The notes beneath the pieces were generated by a model. It saw only the letters and a list, made by a program, of their open reading frames with translations, was not told the DNA's origin and did not search any database. Below are positions 12,163-26,865 of a stretch of DNA of 64,000 nt, piece by piece. The number at the start of each line of letters is the position of its first letter. The stretch's first letter is position 1. Origin of the DNA: Carcharhinus amblyrhynchos (lineage: Eukaryota); assembly GCA_965287045.1 (NCBI GenBank), contig OZ336873.1:102920001-102984000 (forward strand), written 5' to 3'. A program made the position numbers and the translations under genes.

Positions 12163-12841
12163 CAGGTGTGATTTTCCCGGCCTGCTGTTCTGTTTTAGTA
12201 GCAGGCAATTTCAGTGGGACACAAAATAAAATGGGATTTGTGCCCAGCAGGTCTCGATCTTCCCAGGCCGTCTTTTATGACAAGATCAGCCTCGCGCCCG
12301 AGGAAGGTGTGAAGCTGATCTAAATATTTTTAGGTCATTTACATCTGTTTAGCAAGCCCCGGATGCTATTGCCTGGGTTCACTTAGGTTTCTGACCTCGC
12401 CAGTGAAAGTTCCCACCAGTGAGGACCACAGCTGGTCCCCAGAAACAGGGGTCAGACATGATGGCCCCACTAGTGAAAATGGAGGCCCCTGAGACCCCTC
12501 CGGGAGGTCGGTAGCAGGGGAGGCAGTGCCAGCCTGGCACTGCCAGCCTGGCACCATGGCACTGCCCACCAGGCAGCATCAAGGGGGCCAGGGCCCAAGG
12601 GTGGGAAGTCAGAAAGAGGGGAACTCTGCATCTGGAGGGGGGTGTCGGGGGGTAGGGGGAGAGGGGGCTAGTGGTGGAAGGGGCGTTGACTGATTTCCCA
12701 TATAATGTACAGACTCGCACACAGTGGGTGGAATTTTCCCAGAAACATTCTAAGGCGGTGATCTTACCCTTCATCCTGCTGCCCGAAGAGTGGGGCGAGC
12801 TGGTAAGATCGTGAGAGAGCCGAGAGATCAGATTCATGCCC
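12163..12841. mobile_element. Non-autonomous Harbinger-like element fragments
   Basis: TIR-like gtgattttcccgg and gggtggaattttccc. GC-rich interior with tgccagcctggca palindromic repeats. Confidence 0.55.
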
Positions 12842-12999
12842 ATCATTTATGTCTTCAATTAGGAACATTTTGGAGCTTCAATGGAGACATGGTGAGGTAG
12901 GGATAAAGTTGGAATTAAATATTTTCTTAAAGGTCAAAGAGTTAAACCTCAAGCCTAAAGAATGACATTATGAGACAGTGGTAACAGTCATTCTGAATA

Positions 13000-14050
13000 C
13001 CAAAGTAACAAGGGTCTAGCACTCTTTAATTCAATGTATAACCTAAACTTGCCTCCTATGTATTTATAAAGCCAATAAGGAAGTGTAGAGACAGGCAATG
13101 ACAGGAAAGCCAAGAATGGGTTTTATTTTTGTGGACAGAGGGTATCTTACAATGATTCCTAATGGTCTTGACAAATAAAGCAAAGGAACAGCTCTAACAA
13201 AATGTCCAATATGCAGCACAACCTGTCTGTCAGTGAGTGACTCTGCATCATGCATGTGGGCTGTTTTCTAATGATTGGAGTGTGCAGACACGTTTCAAAA
13301 TGTGTCCGTGGCAAGACTGTCAATATAAGTTGTTTCTTGACTGTGTAATGTGTTGGAACATGAATATGCATGAGAGACAATGAAAGAAAATTTCAAGATT
13401 ATGTGAGGCTGTGGCATGAGCCAGCAGAAAAGTTGCAGCAATGTTTGTGACAGGTTGATGGTAATATTTTGGAGTGAGCATGCTTGAGCATTGATCAAAT
13501 GAACAATATAGTTGGGCAGAGTTACTTTGGCATCTTCCTCCACATCCTTGCCCAGATTATATGAGCAGCGTAAACAGAAGTTTGCACCGGTGGCATCTCC
13601 TAGTAGGCATGCTGCATTGCTGCCTTCTAGGAACTGTATCCTGGATGGCCAATTGGAACAACTTTTCTCTCATCCTATGTCCATTCTGCAGAATCTTCAC
13701 CTTGTCAATCATTGGAAAGGTGATTTGAATCTGTGCCACTCTATCCCTTTCCCATCAGTTCGGTTTGCTGTTTCTATATCTGTTGGATCATTCTTTAATT
13801 TTTGGCCAGTTGCTATTTTTGCTTGAAGCCTTTGGGGAAGCTTCATTGCCTCTTTGAGTTTGCTTACCTTAGCAATGACTACGTTGCTTTCAGTGTTGGC
13901 TGCAGCTTTGGAACGGCTGATGGCAGATGCAATTATAATATCTCACGCCAAGGAACCTGGACTCGGGGCTCATTGGAAGTACTTAAGAGGTGCTAACCTC
14001 AGGAGACAGCTGTCTAATACAGTAATCTCGGCATTCCATTCCCAGCACCT
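13000..14050 (-). mobile_element. Ancient RTE-like LINE relic
   Basis: Fragmentary minus-strand translations resemble RTE ORF segments (KLK.G-type, INLSQT, L.HIGH..R). Heavily degraded. Confidence 0.4.
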
Positions 14051-16167
14051 TCACACCAGGATGGAAAAATCTACACTGATATTCTTTTTTACAAAACAGT
14101 GCAAGGCAAGCCCAGTTCCTGGAATGTTAAGTTCAATTCCTGTCCTCCCATTAGCTTGAAACGCAAAATGGCTAAAACAATTTCCACTTCCATCATGACT
14201 GTTAATCTCCACAGAATCTGAAAATAGCCCCGAGTTTCAAGGAGAAAAATACTCATTTACTCCTGGTGTAAAAATTTGCATTGCGTTCACTCAATTTAAT
14301 GTTACTTTTAAAAGATCTCATGCTAACAAATACGAAGGGGAGTTGCAGTGACTGTTGATAGCTTGCATGCTGCCAATTAGATCCTGGTTACAATGTGAAA
14401 ATACTGTACAGGATTGATTGAAAAACAGGGAGTTCAGATAAAGTTTGAAAATAGGGAGTTCCTACGGAAGTCACTGCATTAAGCTGTTTTTTTTTACATC
14501 ACAAGCTGATGGCTTTTTCTCCCACAGTATAATCATCCTTGATCATGTGATAATTTTAACCTCTTGCCCTCTACAATCCAACCACAGACACAAAATACGA
14601 TAATCTATGAATATTTATGTGCCTCTGTCAAAACATACAATCTTTTTTTGATTTAAAAAAGTAGCACAAACTTCCCATATTACAGAAGTGATGACCTTTC
14701 CAAAGTACTTCATTGACTATAAAATGCCCTGGGAGGTATTGCGATGGTGAACGGTGATATATAAATGGAAGTTTTCTCAAATCTTATAAATATATCGCTG
14801 AGGTTTAGTTATATAGCTCCAATAGGTACTTTTGCAATTACGATGCACTTGTTTAAGAGAATTGCTTGTAGCTTGGTTTGTCCACTCAGTTTGCCAGACA
14901 AGGCACTGGCAGCAGTCAGTAAGGCAGCAGTTCACAAGATCCGTGAAAACTAGACCTCCACTGCCACTGCAACATGCAGAGTGAGGAGATTTATATTTCT
15001 AAGTGCAGCTGATGACAGAAGAACTACATATTGACAGCTCAATCTGCCACTAAAGTAAAAAGTATTTTACAATGTAATCTTAGCCCCCAGGAAATGGAGA
15101 ATACAGCTCGGGCATCGCAGAAAGACAGCAGCTGAAGATGAAAAAAACTCACTAGCCTCTGATCTACAGGTTTACTTGCTGGGCAGTCAATTGTAATGGA
15201 ATCTTGTCAGGGAAAATCAACATCACAAAGGCTACTGCAGTGGGGTTGGGACTAAAGGTTGACATTTTAAAAGAGAATCACATGTATTATTTAACAAACC
15301 ATGAACCATGATTGCAGAGCCAGCAAAGAAAAGGTGATGCAGATTAGGCCAGTGATAATGCCTAGGTTGCAATTCATAGCAGAACCTTTTTAGCTGTGCA
15401 CCTGAAATGAATCACTTATTAGCTTCTGACACAGCCACATTTTCCTTATTTTAATTGCACAATAAATGAAGCTTTATAATCCTTGCACCCGTTTCACACA
15501 ACTGCCTCTTGCCATGCTTGTCACACAAACTCAAAATAATTTCCTTCTAAATATTGTAACCATTTTAGCTTTGGATAACCTTTCTAAATTGGCTCTGAAT
15601 TGAATATTTTGCAGAAGTTGCCAGCACAGAACATTAGGAAAGGAATAGTGTAACTTCAACCTACTCCTATTATCATTATGACTAATTTAATAACTTTCAT
15701 AGCTTTTCTATTTTTGAAGTGGTAGACTTCACAGACTATGTTGGGTAGAAAGAGATATATTCTTAATTAAGTCTGTTTATTTTTATTGTATCACCATCAT
15801 CATCATCCTAAAAATAAATGATCGTCATGATTTATGCATGAATTTCTCAAACTCTGAATTCTGTCATCTCCAAAAAGAATATTCAAACAAATGAATTCCT
15901 GCTGGAGGGGCAAGATTTTATTTTGATATAATCAGCATTGCAGTGAAGATAACGGTCTAACAATGGTGCTGTGTGAAGATTAACATACAAGTGTTTGACA
16001 TGTTGGCTTCGCATTAAATATGTGTGTTGATCTTCGTATAGTATAATTTCAAGGTCAAAAAGCCAAATTGCAAGATATTGATGGCACACGATCATTTAGA
16101 GCATACCAAAGTTTTTTCTTAAAAGTTTCTTCCTTAATGTAGTGTTTAACCCAATCTTGTATTCCAT

Positions 16168-16294
16168 GGGTGGAATTTTCCCATCTCGCTCGCCACGGGA
16201 ATAGTAGCAGGTGGGACACAGACCATGCAAAGCCCCATTGACCTCAGATGGGATTTTCTGGACATGGGGTGAGCGTACCCAGAAAATACCGCCC
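16168..16294 (+). mobile_element. Harbinger-type MITE (family B)
   Basis: TIRs gggtggaattttcc / agaaaataccgccc with a perfect 3-bp TSD CAT. Confidence 0.85.
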
Positions 16295-19200
16295 CATGTG
16301 TTTCTTAGCCTAAGGTGTAACTGGTGGACTGTTGAACTAATTTTGGAGGGAATTTTCTATAAAAATGGTTGCCTCACCACCAGTCAGATTTTATACTGTT
16401 CCATATTCAACAAAACTGTTAACAGTGTGAACATCCTTGTCTTTACCTTATTTCAAAGCTCAGAGTTAAGCCTGTACAAGATCAAAAAGGTCAAGGAGGA
16501 AATGCTGCAATAGAAAGGAAAGAAAATCAAGTGCAGGTTCATGGCTGAAGCTCTGTGATTTTAGTCTCCATTTCCAGTCTTGCTGATGCAAATGTATTTT
16601 GTTTAATGACCCTGAAATCCTGGTTGTAATTAGATGTGGGAATTGTTCATACTTACAACAGATGATGCTCTTATAATAAAATGAGTGGTGTTAAGATGGA
16701 GCCTGTAAACAGGAGTCAGATTTATATAATCTCATTTTGCTGCCATGGCAACAAACTTAAGAACTGCAATAGAAATAAACATACAAAGTTTCAGTGCTGA
16801 GAGTATAGAAATGAAAATAAATGAATCAAGATAGATTTGATTTTCCATCACCTGATGTGACACAGTTATAGCTTATTGGTATCTTGCCAAGTCAGCACAT
16901 ATTGTTAGCATCGCTTATTAAAATGCCCAAAAGGATTTTGAATTTGCCCCATAAAATCCTGGTATTAAATCCTATATGATGTAATAACATTTGTAATCTT
17001 TGGCCTTTCTTGGCACACCATTTATAACAATAAAACAGATATAACTTTACAGGGAATGCAATAAAATGTTTTAGTGAGATGCACACAGCCATCTTCTCCA
17101 ACTTTGATAATACTTATCCCATGGAAGTTTATAAAGATACAATACCCACAATAAATAGGGTTCCATAGAGTCTTCTCAAATTTCCAACAACATTTTGCGA
17201 AATGATCTAAGACTATTGGTTATAGAATTTCTCCTCACTGAACAACAAGAGATTTTATAACTTGTACTGAGAATGGTGAAAAGAGTTGAAACCCAGCAGT
17301 AACGATGGACTGAAGGGTCAGTCCTACTGGTTTTTGCAAGCCACACAGGTTGGTCTGGTTAGCATTAGGAATGCTGATATTTGTTTTAATATGTGTGTGG
17401 CCTTTTGTTTCGTAGTACACAGCAACACAAAAAGAATCTTTGAGCATTGCTTCATTGAGGGTAGGTTTCCAATTCTATGTTGTGATCATGAGGTATATTG
17501 GGAATTTATTGCAGACGGATGGCTTATGAGTACCTTGGAGTGTATCAATGAACACGGGATTTAATTGAACTTATTAAAGGCCCATTGAGGCCTATTACTG
17601 AAGGCCAACTGGGATTTTCGACAGCCTCCAGATCCCCACAGCTGGCAGGGGATATACTTATTGCCTAGGGTGACAGATTGGGGGGGTGGGGTGGCAGGTA
17701 AGCTTAGAGGCACATATGACCCCACTCCCCACCTCCAGCTTTAGCAACAGCCACAGACTGCCCTGGACAGAGGTTACCCATCCTCCTCCCCACATTGCAT
17801 ACAATGGGGTCCAGACTACTGAAAGTTACTTCAAGTTTGATAAAGTTGGGGAGTGGATACCTCCATTTTGGTTGACCTCTATCACACATCAGCATTCTGC
17901 TGCTTATAAGCTGGAGAACCTCCTATGGGGTCTTTAGTGTTGGGAGTCTCTCCACTGCTCTTAGTTGAATGGTGAGCCCACCTTTTGCCCAATAATTGCA
18001 TCATTTGTGGAAGATAACAGGGTCGAATAGCTGCTTCTCTAAGTGGAGCTGGATTTTCATCCTTACAGTGAGTAGCGGGAGCAGGGAAAATTCCCAGTTC
18101 AGCCTGCCCACCTCAGGAGAAAGTGCCTGCAAGGAAGGGATGTTCATTATCCTTGTGGGTGCAGACTGCATTCAGGCCAGCTGAAAAGTTCGGCAGTAGC
18201 CACAGGGGATGTCAAGTGTGGAGACAGCCTCTTTAAAAGGCATGAAAGGATTTCTGTGCTCTCAGCCAAGCATTCATGACAAAGCTTAACTGAGAGCCTA
18301 AAAATCCATTCACTTGTTGAAACAGCTGGGCCCTGGAAAAAATATTGCTTAATTGACGGCTCTGGCTCTCTGATCCATGCTGTCAATTTCACAATGTTTA
18401 TTTGCTCACTCAGGATAGAGAAGTTTCAAATACTTGCAGTTTGAACTATTGATACAATAAAGGGTCTGAATGATTGCCATTTTGTGTTTTTTTTAAAATC
18501 AGTCGAAAATTATCAATTCATTATTATTTAAAAGATTTTTCTTTACACACTTTACTGTCACCTCAGAGTTCATTGGTCCTATACAGAGTATAGTAGTGTC
18601 AGTGAGTGGCATACCTTGGTATGGGTGGGTGAATATAGGAGGACCTTTATCTTTCAAATGTTCCTTCATGCAAACCACGTTCATTACATCTTTGAGATGC
18701 TGTGAGCCACAATGCCTTGAAACACTGGTCTAATTCCAGGAAAATTACAGAGGTCAAGTACATGCCTAGTCCACAATGGAGCCAGTTGTGTCCAGAGTGC
18801 AGGGTGCAAGCTCATGACTGGAACCAGCTCTCATCCTTAACAGGCATTACTGAAAATCAGAAGGCCTGGGAATGGGTTCGGGAATCATGGAATTGGACCC
18901 AGCCACCATTTCTTTTTAGAAAAAGCCCAGCCCATAGCGTGGGCTTCTGATCCCATCTGATTCTGACAATGGGGTTCAGAAAATTGCAGAACAAATCCTG
19001 CCCCAGGTGCGCTTTCTCTGAGCCTTCAACTCCCTAACTATGTCAATAGATAGAGGAAAAATATCAGAAAGCAGGTTTGATTCTGGCTCGTGGTGTGAAG
19101 AAGTTCAGAGTTTCATTTTGCTTTCTGTGAAATGACAATCCCTGATTAAGTTTGGAATTATTTGAGAGTGAATTGGAGATCATTTCGATCTGACCTCTGT

Positions 19201-19349
19201 ACCTCCAAGTTATTATCATTAAGGTGAAGCATTGAGCTGGTCAAATGCTGATAGCTTTTTCATTGGATCCAGTGTGACAGGGATAATTGTCTCCTCGAGA
19301 AGTCCGCTCTGAAGTGTTCTAGAAAATATTGCACTGACAGGGAAATTAG

Positions 19350-19936
19350 TGGGTGGAGTTTTCCCGGAATTCGGCAAAGGCTAATAATGGGCAGGAAAAG
19401 CAACATCAACAGTGCAGTGCCGGATGTAGGAGCGTCAAAGGGAGCACCCCATGATGTAATGCTGGTGGGGTGGCCTCTGATTCACCTGCCCTGCCTGCAA
19501 TGAGGTACCCCAAAGATTCAGGTGCCATTTTTAAAAGTCGCTCAGTGCAAATCAGTTCACCTGGAACCCCCTGCACAACCCCTTGGCATTGTCCCTTGGC
19601 AGTGGTTGGGTGTGATCCCCCCTGAACGCGGCACTCGTGAGCTTTCCAAGTGTCTGCCTTGGGAGACCAGTTGTGATTCAGGCTGTTCTACCCTCATGCC
19701 AACATGGATGGATTATCTGATAGGGGTGGGGGGCTGATTCAAGCTTACAATGGACCTGATAATGTATTCATATGATACTCCGGATGTTGAACATCAGAAA
19801 AGGCACTGCATCACTGAGGGGGAGAGGGCACAAACACGTTATATCGGAGCAAAATGTGATGTGGGAGTCCTTGCAAGATTCTCCATTCCTGTTGTCGAAC
19901 CCACCTGATATAAATGGAACCGGAAAATTCCAGCCG
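19350..19936. mobile_element. Non-autonomous Harbinger-like element (~590 bp)
   Basis: TIRs gggtggagttttcccgg / ccggaaaattccagcc. Confidence 0.7.
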
Positions 19937-20015
19937 ATATGTACAATTCTCTACGTTCCCCCAAAAGGAAATAGCTACCCTTAAGATTTAGCTACAATGA
20001 CATTTTTGAAGGCAA

Positions 20016-20145
20016 CAAAAGCAAAATATTGCAGATGCTGAAAACTTGAATAAAAACTGGAAATGCTGGAATTGCTGACAGGTCGGTCAACATCTGTGAT
20101 GAGCAAAGCAAAATACATATTTCATGTTGGTGACCTTCCATCATA
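20016..20145 (-). mobile_element. Penelope-like 3' end fragment
   Basis: Similar to the arm of the 2462-2680 element (aaaagcaaaatattgcagatgctg...aaatgctgga...aggtc...acatctgtg). Confidence 0.5.
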
Positions 20146-20494
20146 TTTCCTCTGACTATCTTGTATGCAGTGCAGAGAAGGCCCATCTGTTCATAATCAG
20201 ACTGCAACCTTTTCTAGTGATGATCAACTGTGCTGGAGATGCAGCAAGTGACTGTTGTCATTTCATTTACACCTGGAGAGTAATCTCGCCAACAAAATCC
20301 AAAGTTTCAGGTTTTGCTCAAAGAAAACATATTCAACTCAGTTTGCATTTTGGAGTTAGTGGCCATCCCTTTTTCTTTCTTCTACTCTTTCATTGGCCCC
20401 AAGTATAAAGTATATTTGAATCACAACCACATTGGGATAAAATTCTTAATTTCCTCACGTGCCTTTTCGCCGACACTCTTCGTGCAAAGCACAT

Positions 20495-20797
20495 GGGGTG
20501 GCACAATGGTGAGCACTGCCACCTCATAGCGCAAGGGACCCGAGTTTGATTCCTGGCTTGGGTCACTGTCTGTACAGAGTCTGTATGTTCTCCCCGTGTC
20601 TGCACGGGTTCCTCTGGGTGCTCCAGTTTCCACCCACAGTCCAAAAGATGTGCAGGTTAGATGCATTGGCCATGCTGAGTTCTCCCTCAGTGTATCGGAA
20701 TAGGCGCCGGAATGTGATGACTAGGGAACTTCACAGTAACTTCATTGCAGTGTTAATGTAAGATGACTTGTGACACTAATAAATAAATTTTAAACTT
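20495..20797 (+). mobile_element. V-SINE, HE1-like head with alternative (type B) tail
   Basis: tRNA-like head ggggtggcacaatggtgagcactg...gagtttgattcc, V-domain, tail ttcacagtaacttcattgcagtgttaatgtaag...ttgtgacactaataaataaa. Confidence 0.88.
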
Positions 20798-21639
20798 CAG
20801 CTGTTATTTTAGCCTCATTGATGTTAAGGATTAAACCTTTTAGCTATCCAAGATGAAGTATTCTCTCAGCTTCCCAGGGAATTCCAAGGTAGCGTGTAGG
20901 ACTCAGAAGGATTAAGGTAAAAGGTTGCATTTGGGAACAGTCAAGTCATGATGTTTCTTTACTGACTGACAACTGCCTTTCACTCTTCAAAGCAGTAAAG
21001 AAGAAGCTTCTGATTTGAACATATTTGTCTCAGGGAGCACCCCATTGACCCACCTTCATTGTTGATAGCAGAGCATCCATTTGCTAGGAATGCGCTCTTG
21101 GAATGCTTTTGCTTCCATCAAAAATGGAGAGAAGTTTACAAACTAATTAAGGCAGTGACAGAGGAAAAGGAACTAAAACAAGAGCAATTGAAAAGGAGAA
21201 GATGGGTAGCTTGATTAAAATGGAAACAGGAAAGGCAACCCAATCTGTAATTCCCACCCACCATTTTAAAGGTTGAAATATCTCAGAGTGAACATACAGA
21301 ACCTCTTCACAGAGAATCAAAACAGAAAATCCTGGCCAGAACTGTACCAGTAATCAGAAAAAGAGAGCAAACAGACACCAGACCAAGGATGCCAGCTTTC
21401 CCCACTGATAGTGTGTTCAGCTAAAAGTCCTGATCTCAAATGCCAATCACCCTCTCCTCGCTTCAGACACAACAGATATATACAATATAACCAGGACCCC
21501 AGCTATGGCTAGGAACTTAAGTATTCCAATTGCTGTTCAGATCCAAAGGTAGACTAGGGAAGAAATCTCCCATGACCTGGCTGGTGGGTTTAATGGTGTG
21601 TGTGTGCGCGTGTGTGGGGTGGGGGACAGTATTTGATGG

Positions 21640-22200
21640 GAGTCCAAAAACTGATATTACGCTGACGTGAACTTCCACCTGGGTCTTCCGCTGGCGTCTG
21701 CTATGTTGGTTTAGGAAACCGACTCCAGGCCGGTGTGAAACTGATTTCCATCCCGCTAATGGGATGCAAGTGAAAGCCCAACCAGAATCCTCCCTCCATT
21801 CCCAATTCTCCATGATGTCCGTGGGAAAATATATTGGTCCAGAAACTGTCAGGAGCAACATGGTGTGCCAAAGTCAGGACTTGCCTGAACCAATGCCAGG
21901 GGCTGTCTCTGGAGTTTGGGATGGAGGCTGCTAGCAACCCAGGACCCCAGAACACCATGGATGTGGTGAGTATCCATTTCAGTGTCATCGAGACGGTCCG
22001 CCTTCCAGCCTCAGAGTGTTCCTGGAGATCCATCTTCTTTTGTGAGAGGTCCATCTTCTTCCTCCAACAGTGGGTCTGTGAGATTGGAAGCCTTTCAGTA
22101 TGCCACCCAGATCTGATGGCTGGACTCAGACCCTCATGCCCACCTCGCAACAGAATCTGGTGCTAAGCCCCCGGTGCATAATTAGTGAAGTCGGTGCCAG
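21640..22200 (-). mobile_element. Degraded Harbinger-like element, possibly with N-terminal transposase relic
   Basis: Minus-strand TERLPISQTHCWRK and GRRTVSMTLK resemble the N-terminus of HARBI1-like transposases. TIR-like gtgggaaaatat nearby. Confidence 0.4.
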
Positions 22201-25200
22201 AAATATAATGGCGTGGTTTGCCTCCAGCCTCAGCAATGGAACTTAGTCCCAGGTGGGATTATTCTGGCCATAATGTTCCAGCAGTCTTTGTCAATAGCTG
22301 CTGGATCACTACAGAAATTAAACAGTGCGATGGGAGTGTGGAGGAAGAATGAAAATTGGGGAAAAAAATTACAACAAGAAGTTCCGGGCTGCCCTTGTTG
22401 ATAGAACTCGAAAACAGAGATGAGAAGGAAAAGTATAGCTGGCATTGGGGGCCATATTATTAGCGATACATAACAAAGGTATCTTTCAATGCGTCAAAAA
22501 TTAAGTCTGGTAAAAACAAATTATAAATCACAGCTACCTGCTATTTCGACAGTGAATACAATACCTCAGGCTGCCCACATAGATTGTGAAAATTGGCTTG
22601 CAACCCAGAAATTCCCCACACTAAATAGCCTGTAGAGAGAGAGCATCAGAACAGTGCTGGCTGTTTTTAACAAGCTGTCCAATTTGTACATTTACTTGGT
22701 TTGTGTTGTTTTGCATTAGCCAGAGAATAGAACAAAAAGCGTTAACCATATCTTCGGAGTGGTATCCTGTACCTCTGAGTGTCTGTGTATCCAATTTGTT
22801 TAACTGCAAAAGTAACAGTATAATTGCCAGTACATTGGTTCCCTTTATTTGATCATGAAACTGTATATCGGGCTGTAATGGCTGCTGTATGTTGTGCATA
22901 TTTCAACCCCTCATAAATTTCAAATTGATTAACAACACAAGGAAACATAGTTTGACCTGGTTCTTTGATCACACATGCAGAAAATATCCATAAACATTCT
23001 GTATCAAAGGGAAATGAGCCTTTTTTTCCAAGGTTGTTTTTGTGTATGCGTGATCAAAGTGGCTCCAGTAATTATTATAAAGAACAAGCCTCTTTACTGT
23101 AGAATTTCATTTTTGCACTGTACTTAGAATTTAATAGCTTCTTTTTTTCCATGTATACTCTGGTGGCTGATTGTAAACCTATTGTTCCTCAACAGACTTT
23201 TCCAAAGAGTTAAAATGATTCCTGTTGACCGGTCGCACAGCAACAAACTTTTCTCCTATAGTCCTCAGAGAAACAGTCAGGATTATTCCTTTTGATTGCA
23301 TTTTCATGCAAAAATTCTTTTCAGTCTATTTAGTACTAAACTCCATCCAACTTGGGTCACATTGTAACCAATATATTCTGAGAATCCTAAGTGTGGTCCC
23401 ATTTAGATACACAAGCTTTAAAAAACTTGTGGCAAGCACCTAATATCTCTAAAGAAGATACATTACCGTAGGAGCTCTGGGTTAGGATTACAGTTGGTAC
23501 CATTTTCTGGGTTTCTGGGGCTCTTTTACCAACTATGCCAAAGATGAATTGGCACACTCTTATGGATATTCAGCCTTACCCTCTTCACCCAAACACTTTG
23601 TAAGACCTGAATTTCCAATTCTTTCAATGCAAACGCTCAATTTCTTCAAAGAACCCATTTTCATGGCTGGAATTTTCCAGCTCTGCCACCAGTGGGGTCG
23701 TCCAGGTGCCACCAAAAATCCATGGATTTTTGTTCGGCTTGCCACGGGCCCAGCCTCGGCATGTTCACCCGGCAGTAAGAATACATAATTTGCCAGCAAG
23801 GAAAGAACTAACTTCACAAAGTAAATCAAAGAAAAAAGTTTAATAAAGAAACTTCATTGCACCAACTGTCAGACCATGCAAGCTCACCGCAATGCCCACC
23901 TGCATCGGCTGACCACCACATCATTTTGCCATTGGTTACATTATTTACCAGGTCAGATGACCCTCATGGCGTATTAACACTGGAATTTGATACAATGTAA
24001 CCAGTGTTAACACTGGTTACATTATAACATATTATGGCTTCTGTCTTGCCCTCCCCAACGTCCTATGTGTCTCTTCCTTCCTTTACCAACCATTTGTGAG
24101 CATAACTTGAGTCACTGAGCCCCCCATGATCTGCAATTCCCACTCTAAACCTTTGTCACCTAAGCATCCCCTTTCTATCTTTAAGGGTCTGATTAAATCC
24201 CACCACTTTGACCCAGTCCTTCTGATATCCCCTTTTCTGGCTTGATGTCTGCTTATTTCTGCTTCTCTTTAAAGTGCCTTGCCGTGTTTTGCTGTGCTAA
24301 CGTTGTTGTGTAGTTGTAAGCTATTATTGTTGTTATTGTTTTTAAGGTCCAGTGCATTGTTCTGCAGTACCTGTTGAGAATGTTTTGTTCTAGTGTCACT
24401 TGTGAGCGACCTAGATTAATGAATGGGCATTATGTGTGGAAACTAATCCATAAGCATCCTAAACTCCTCGTGACTATTTTCTATGTGAAAGAATAGTCAA
24501 GCAGGCAAGAAGATTAACAATCATGGCTATTAAACAAACTGGGCCATTCTCCTGGATAGCTATTCAGTGTGAGGGAGAACTGAGAGCAGACAGGGACGAG
24601 TAACAGAAAGTAACATATCATAATGTTTATATCATAATGAACAGAGTGTTCTTGTAAAGAACTGGGAATTGAAAACAATTAGCATTAAGAAATAACAAGA
24701 TCATTTTCTAATAGATGAGGACATTTTCTAGTAAATGGGCTTTAGCACTGATTGAGATTAGTTGTTATTTCTGCTGCAGGTATTTTATAGTTCTGACAGT
24801 AAGGGATTTATTTTCTTGAAGAATTATTTTGGTGCGCTTCAGGACTAGGGATGTTACTGTGGTTTGAGCACTGGTGTTGGGGGTCAGGTGCTCCCAGGTG
24901 CAAAATATAGTTCCATCTACATCTGTCCCAAAACTCAGAATCACATCTCTTACTACATTAGATACCTAGTTTTTATATTTGTTGGAATGACACAGGACTC
25001 AACTTTCATCCCAAATGTAGGCGGTGGGAGATGGGAAATTTCACAGCTCGGTGCACCCCACCTCAGAAGCGTCAGCAAAAGTGTGACGTTTGTTTGGGGA
25101 ATGACACTGATAACATGAGTCTGACCTCCCCCCACCTCACAGCTGGAAAAAACTTGGAGGCAGCTGCACAAACTGTGGGCTGTTTGTAAGGCCTTGCTCA

Positions 25201-25907
25201 GTGCCCTGGGACTTTGTCCCAGTTACAATAAAATCAGTAAGACAAGAAACAGCCGTTTAGCCCTTAGCCCCACACTCTCCCCATGTCACATCATGCATCT
25301 ACCCACCCATATCTATGGCCCCTCATATCCTCCATACTAAGCTATGCCACTCCACTCACCCCCGTGGACCCTTAAGCCCTTCATGCCAAGCTATGTAATT
25401 CACTCACTATACCCTTGGTGCAGAGCTAATGAACCTTATAGTATCAATACAGTGTGTGTAAAGTCTCTATAAAAAATAATTTTTCATAACTTTCTACTTA
25501 TTTAAGCTGATTTCTCTGCATCCCTATAATCCAGACATAGCAATAGCAGAAACTGCAGGTACTTGGCACCTTTTTATCTTGTGTGAATCAACATTGTGTA
25601 ATTGACAGAATAGATCACTGAGCAAGAGCTGTCAATCAAGCAGTGTTTTCCCCTGGGCCGCAGCTGTTTCAACAAGCTATGGGCAGGATTTTCACACCTC
25701 CTCACAGTATGTCCTCCAGTGGCAGAGGTAGCTCGCCATTGGCTACCAGTGGGATTTTCTGGCTGATTACCAATAAAATAGAATCCAATTGCACCCCTCA
25801 TTTGAAATAATTGTATTGAATAATATCAAGCACCTGGGCAGAAGAAAGTCTTCTATTCTTACAGAATGGAAAAATTCTTGTGCAGTTTATCTGGGTTGCA
25901 AGTATTA

Positions 25908-26226
25908 GGAGCGGCACAGTGTTAGCATTGCTGCCTCACAGCGCCAGGAACCTGCTCGATTCCCCGCTTGTGCCAATGTCTGTGTGGAGTTTGCACATTC
26001 TCCTTGTGTCTGTGTGGGTTTCCTCCGGGTGCTCTGGTTTCCTCCCACAGTCCAAAAATGTGTGGGTTAGGTGGATTGGCCATGCTAAATTCCCCTTAGT
26101 GCAGGGGAGGGGTTAGCTGGGACAAATTCATGAGGTGATGAGGTTAAGGTCTGGGTGGTATTGTGGTCGGTGCAGGTTCAATGGGCTGAATGGCCTCCCT
26201 TTGCAGTGTTGGATTCTATGATTCTA
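25908..26226 (+). mobile_element. HE1-like V-SINE (CR1-type tail)
   Basis: Full head gagcggcacagtgttagcattgctgcctcacagcgccagg, V-domain, tail gggctgaatggcctc...gattctatgattcta. Confidence 0.9.
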
Positions 26227-26689
26227 TTGCATCTTACCCAATACTATGAATTTACCATCACTGTGTCCATATGTAGCAATTTGCAGAACATGTTAATAAG
26301 GGCTGAGGCAGTCAACAAAATTTGCACAGTGTTATAAATAACTAACGGGATATTTTCCTGTCAAAATAACAATATTACGTGTTGCTGTTAAAATAAAATT
26401 TGTAGTTTCTGGCTTGGTTAATAGTCATGGTGGAGTCACTTATAGGGCACTCACAAACTAACACTGCATTATATCGTTGCTGCTCTTAATATTAATAACC
26501 CATACTGCATGTATATTGGATGATATTTGTAACAAGATGCCAACAATCGACATTTCATTTGACTAGAACCTGATGAATTCATTCATGAATCTTGAAAGGG
26601 GGGAAAAAATACCATGCATGATTTAGGGAGAGGTTAAACTGGCCAGGGTGGGTGTGGAAAGAATAAGAGGTCAGGAAACAAGAGAAATA

Positions 26690-26865
26690 TCAGGGCTCAT
26701 GACTTTGCTCCCTAGCCCCAATCTGCTGCCCTCGTCCTTCTGTGTGATAGAGGTCATCAGTTTGGAAGATGCTGTCAAAGGAGCCTCAGTGAGTTACTGC
26801 AGTGCGTCTTGTAGATGATACACACTGCTGTCACACTGCACGCATGATAGAGAGATTGAATGGCT
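26690..26865 (-). mobile_element. CR1/L2-group LINE (family B) fragment
   Basis: Reverse complement is similar to 38870-39030 (catctacaagacgcactgcagtaactcact...gacagcatcttccaaac). Confidence 0.6.

Noticed and set aside
20495-20560. tRNA-like sequences (also at 25908, 29753, 8372, 58090) as tRNA genes
   Set aside because: They are SINE heads followed by V-domain or LINE-derived tails, with no intact cloverleaf.
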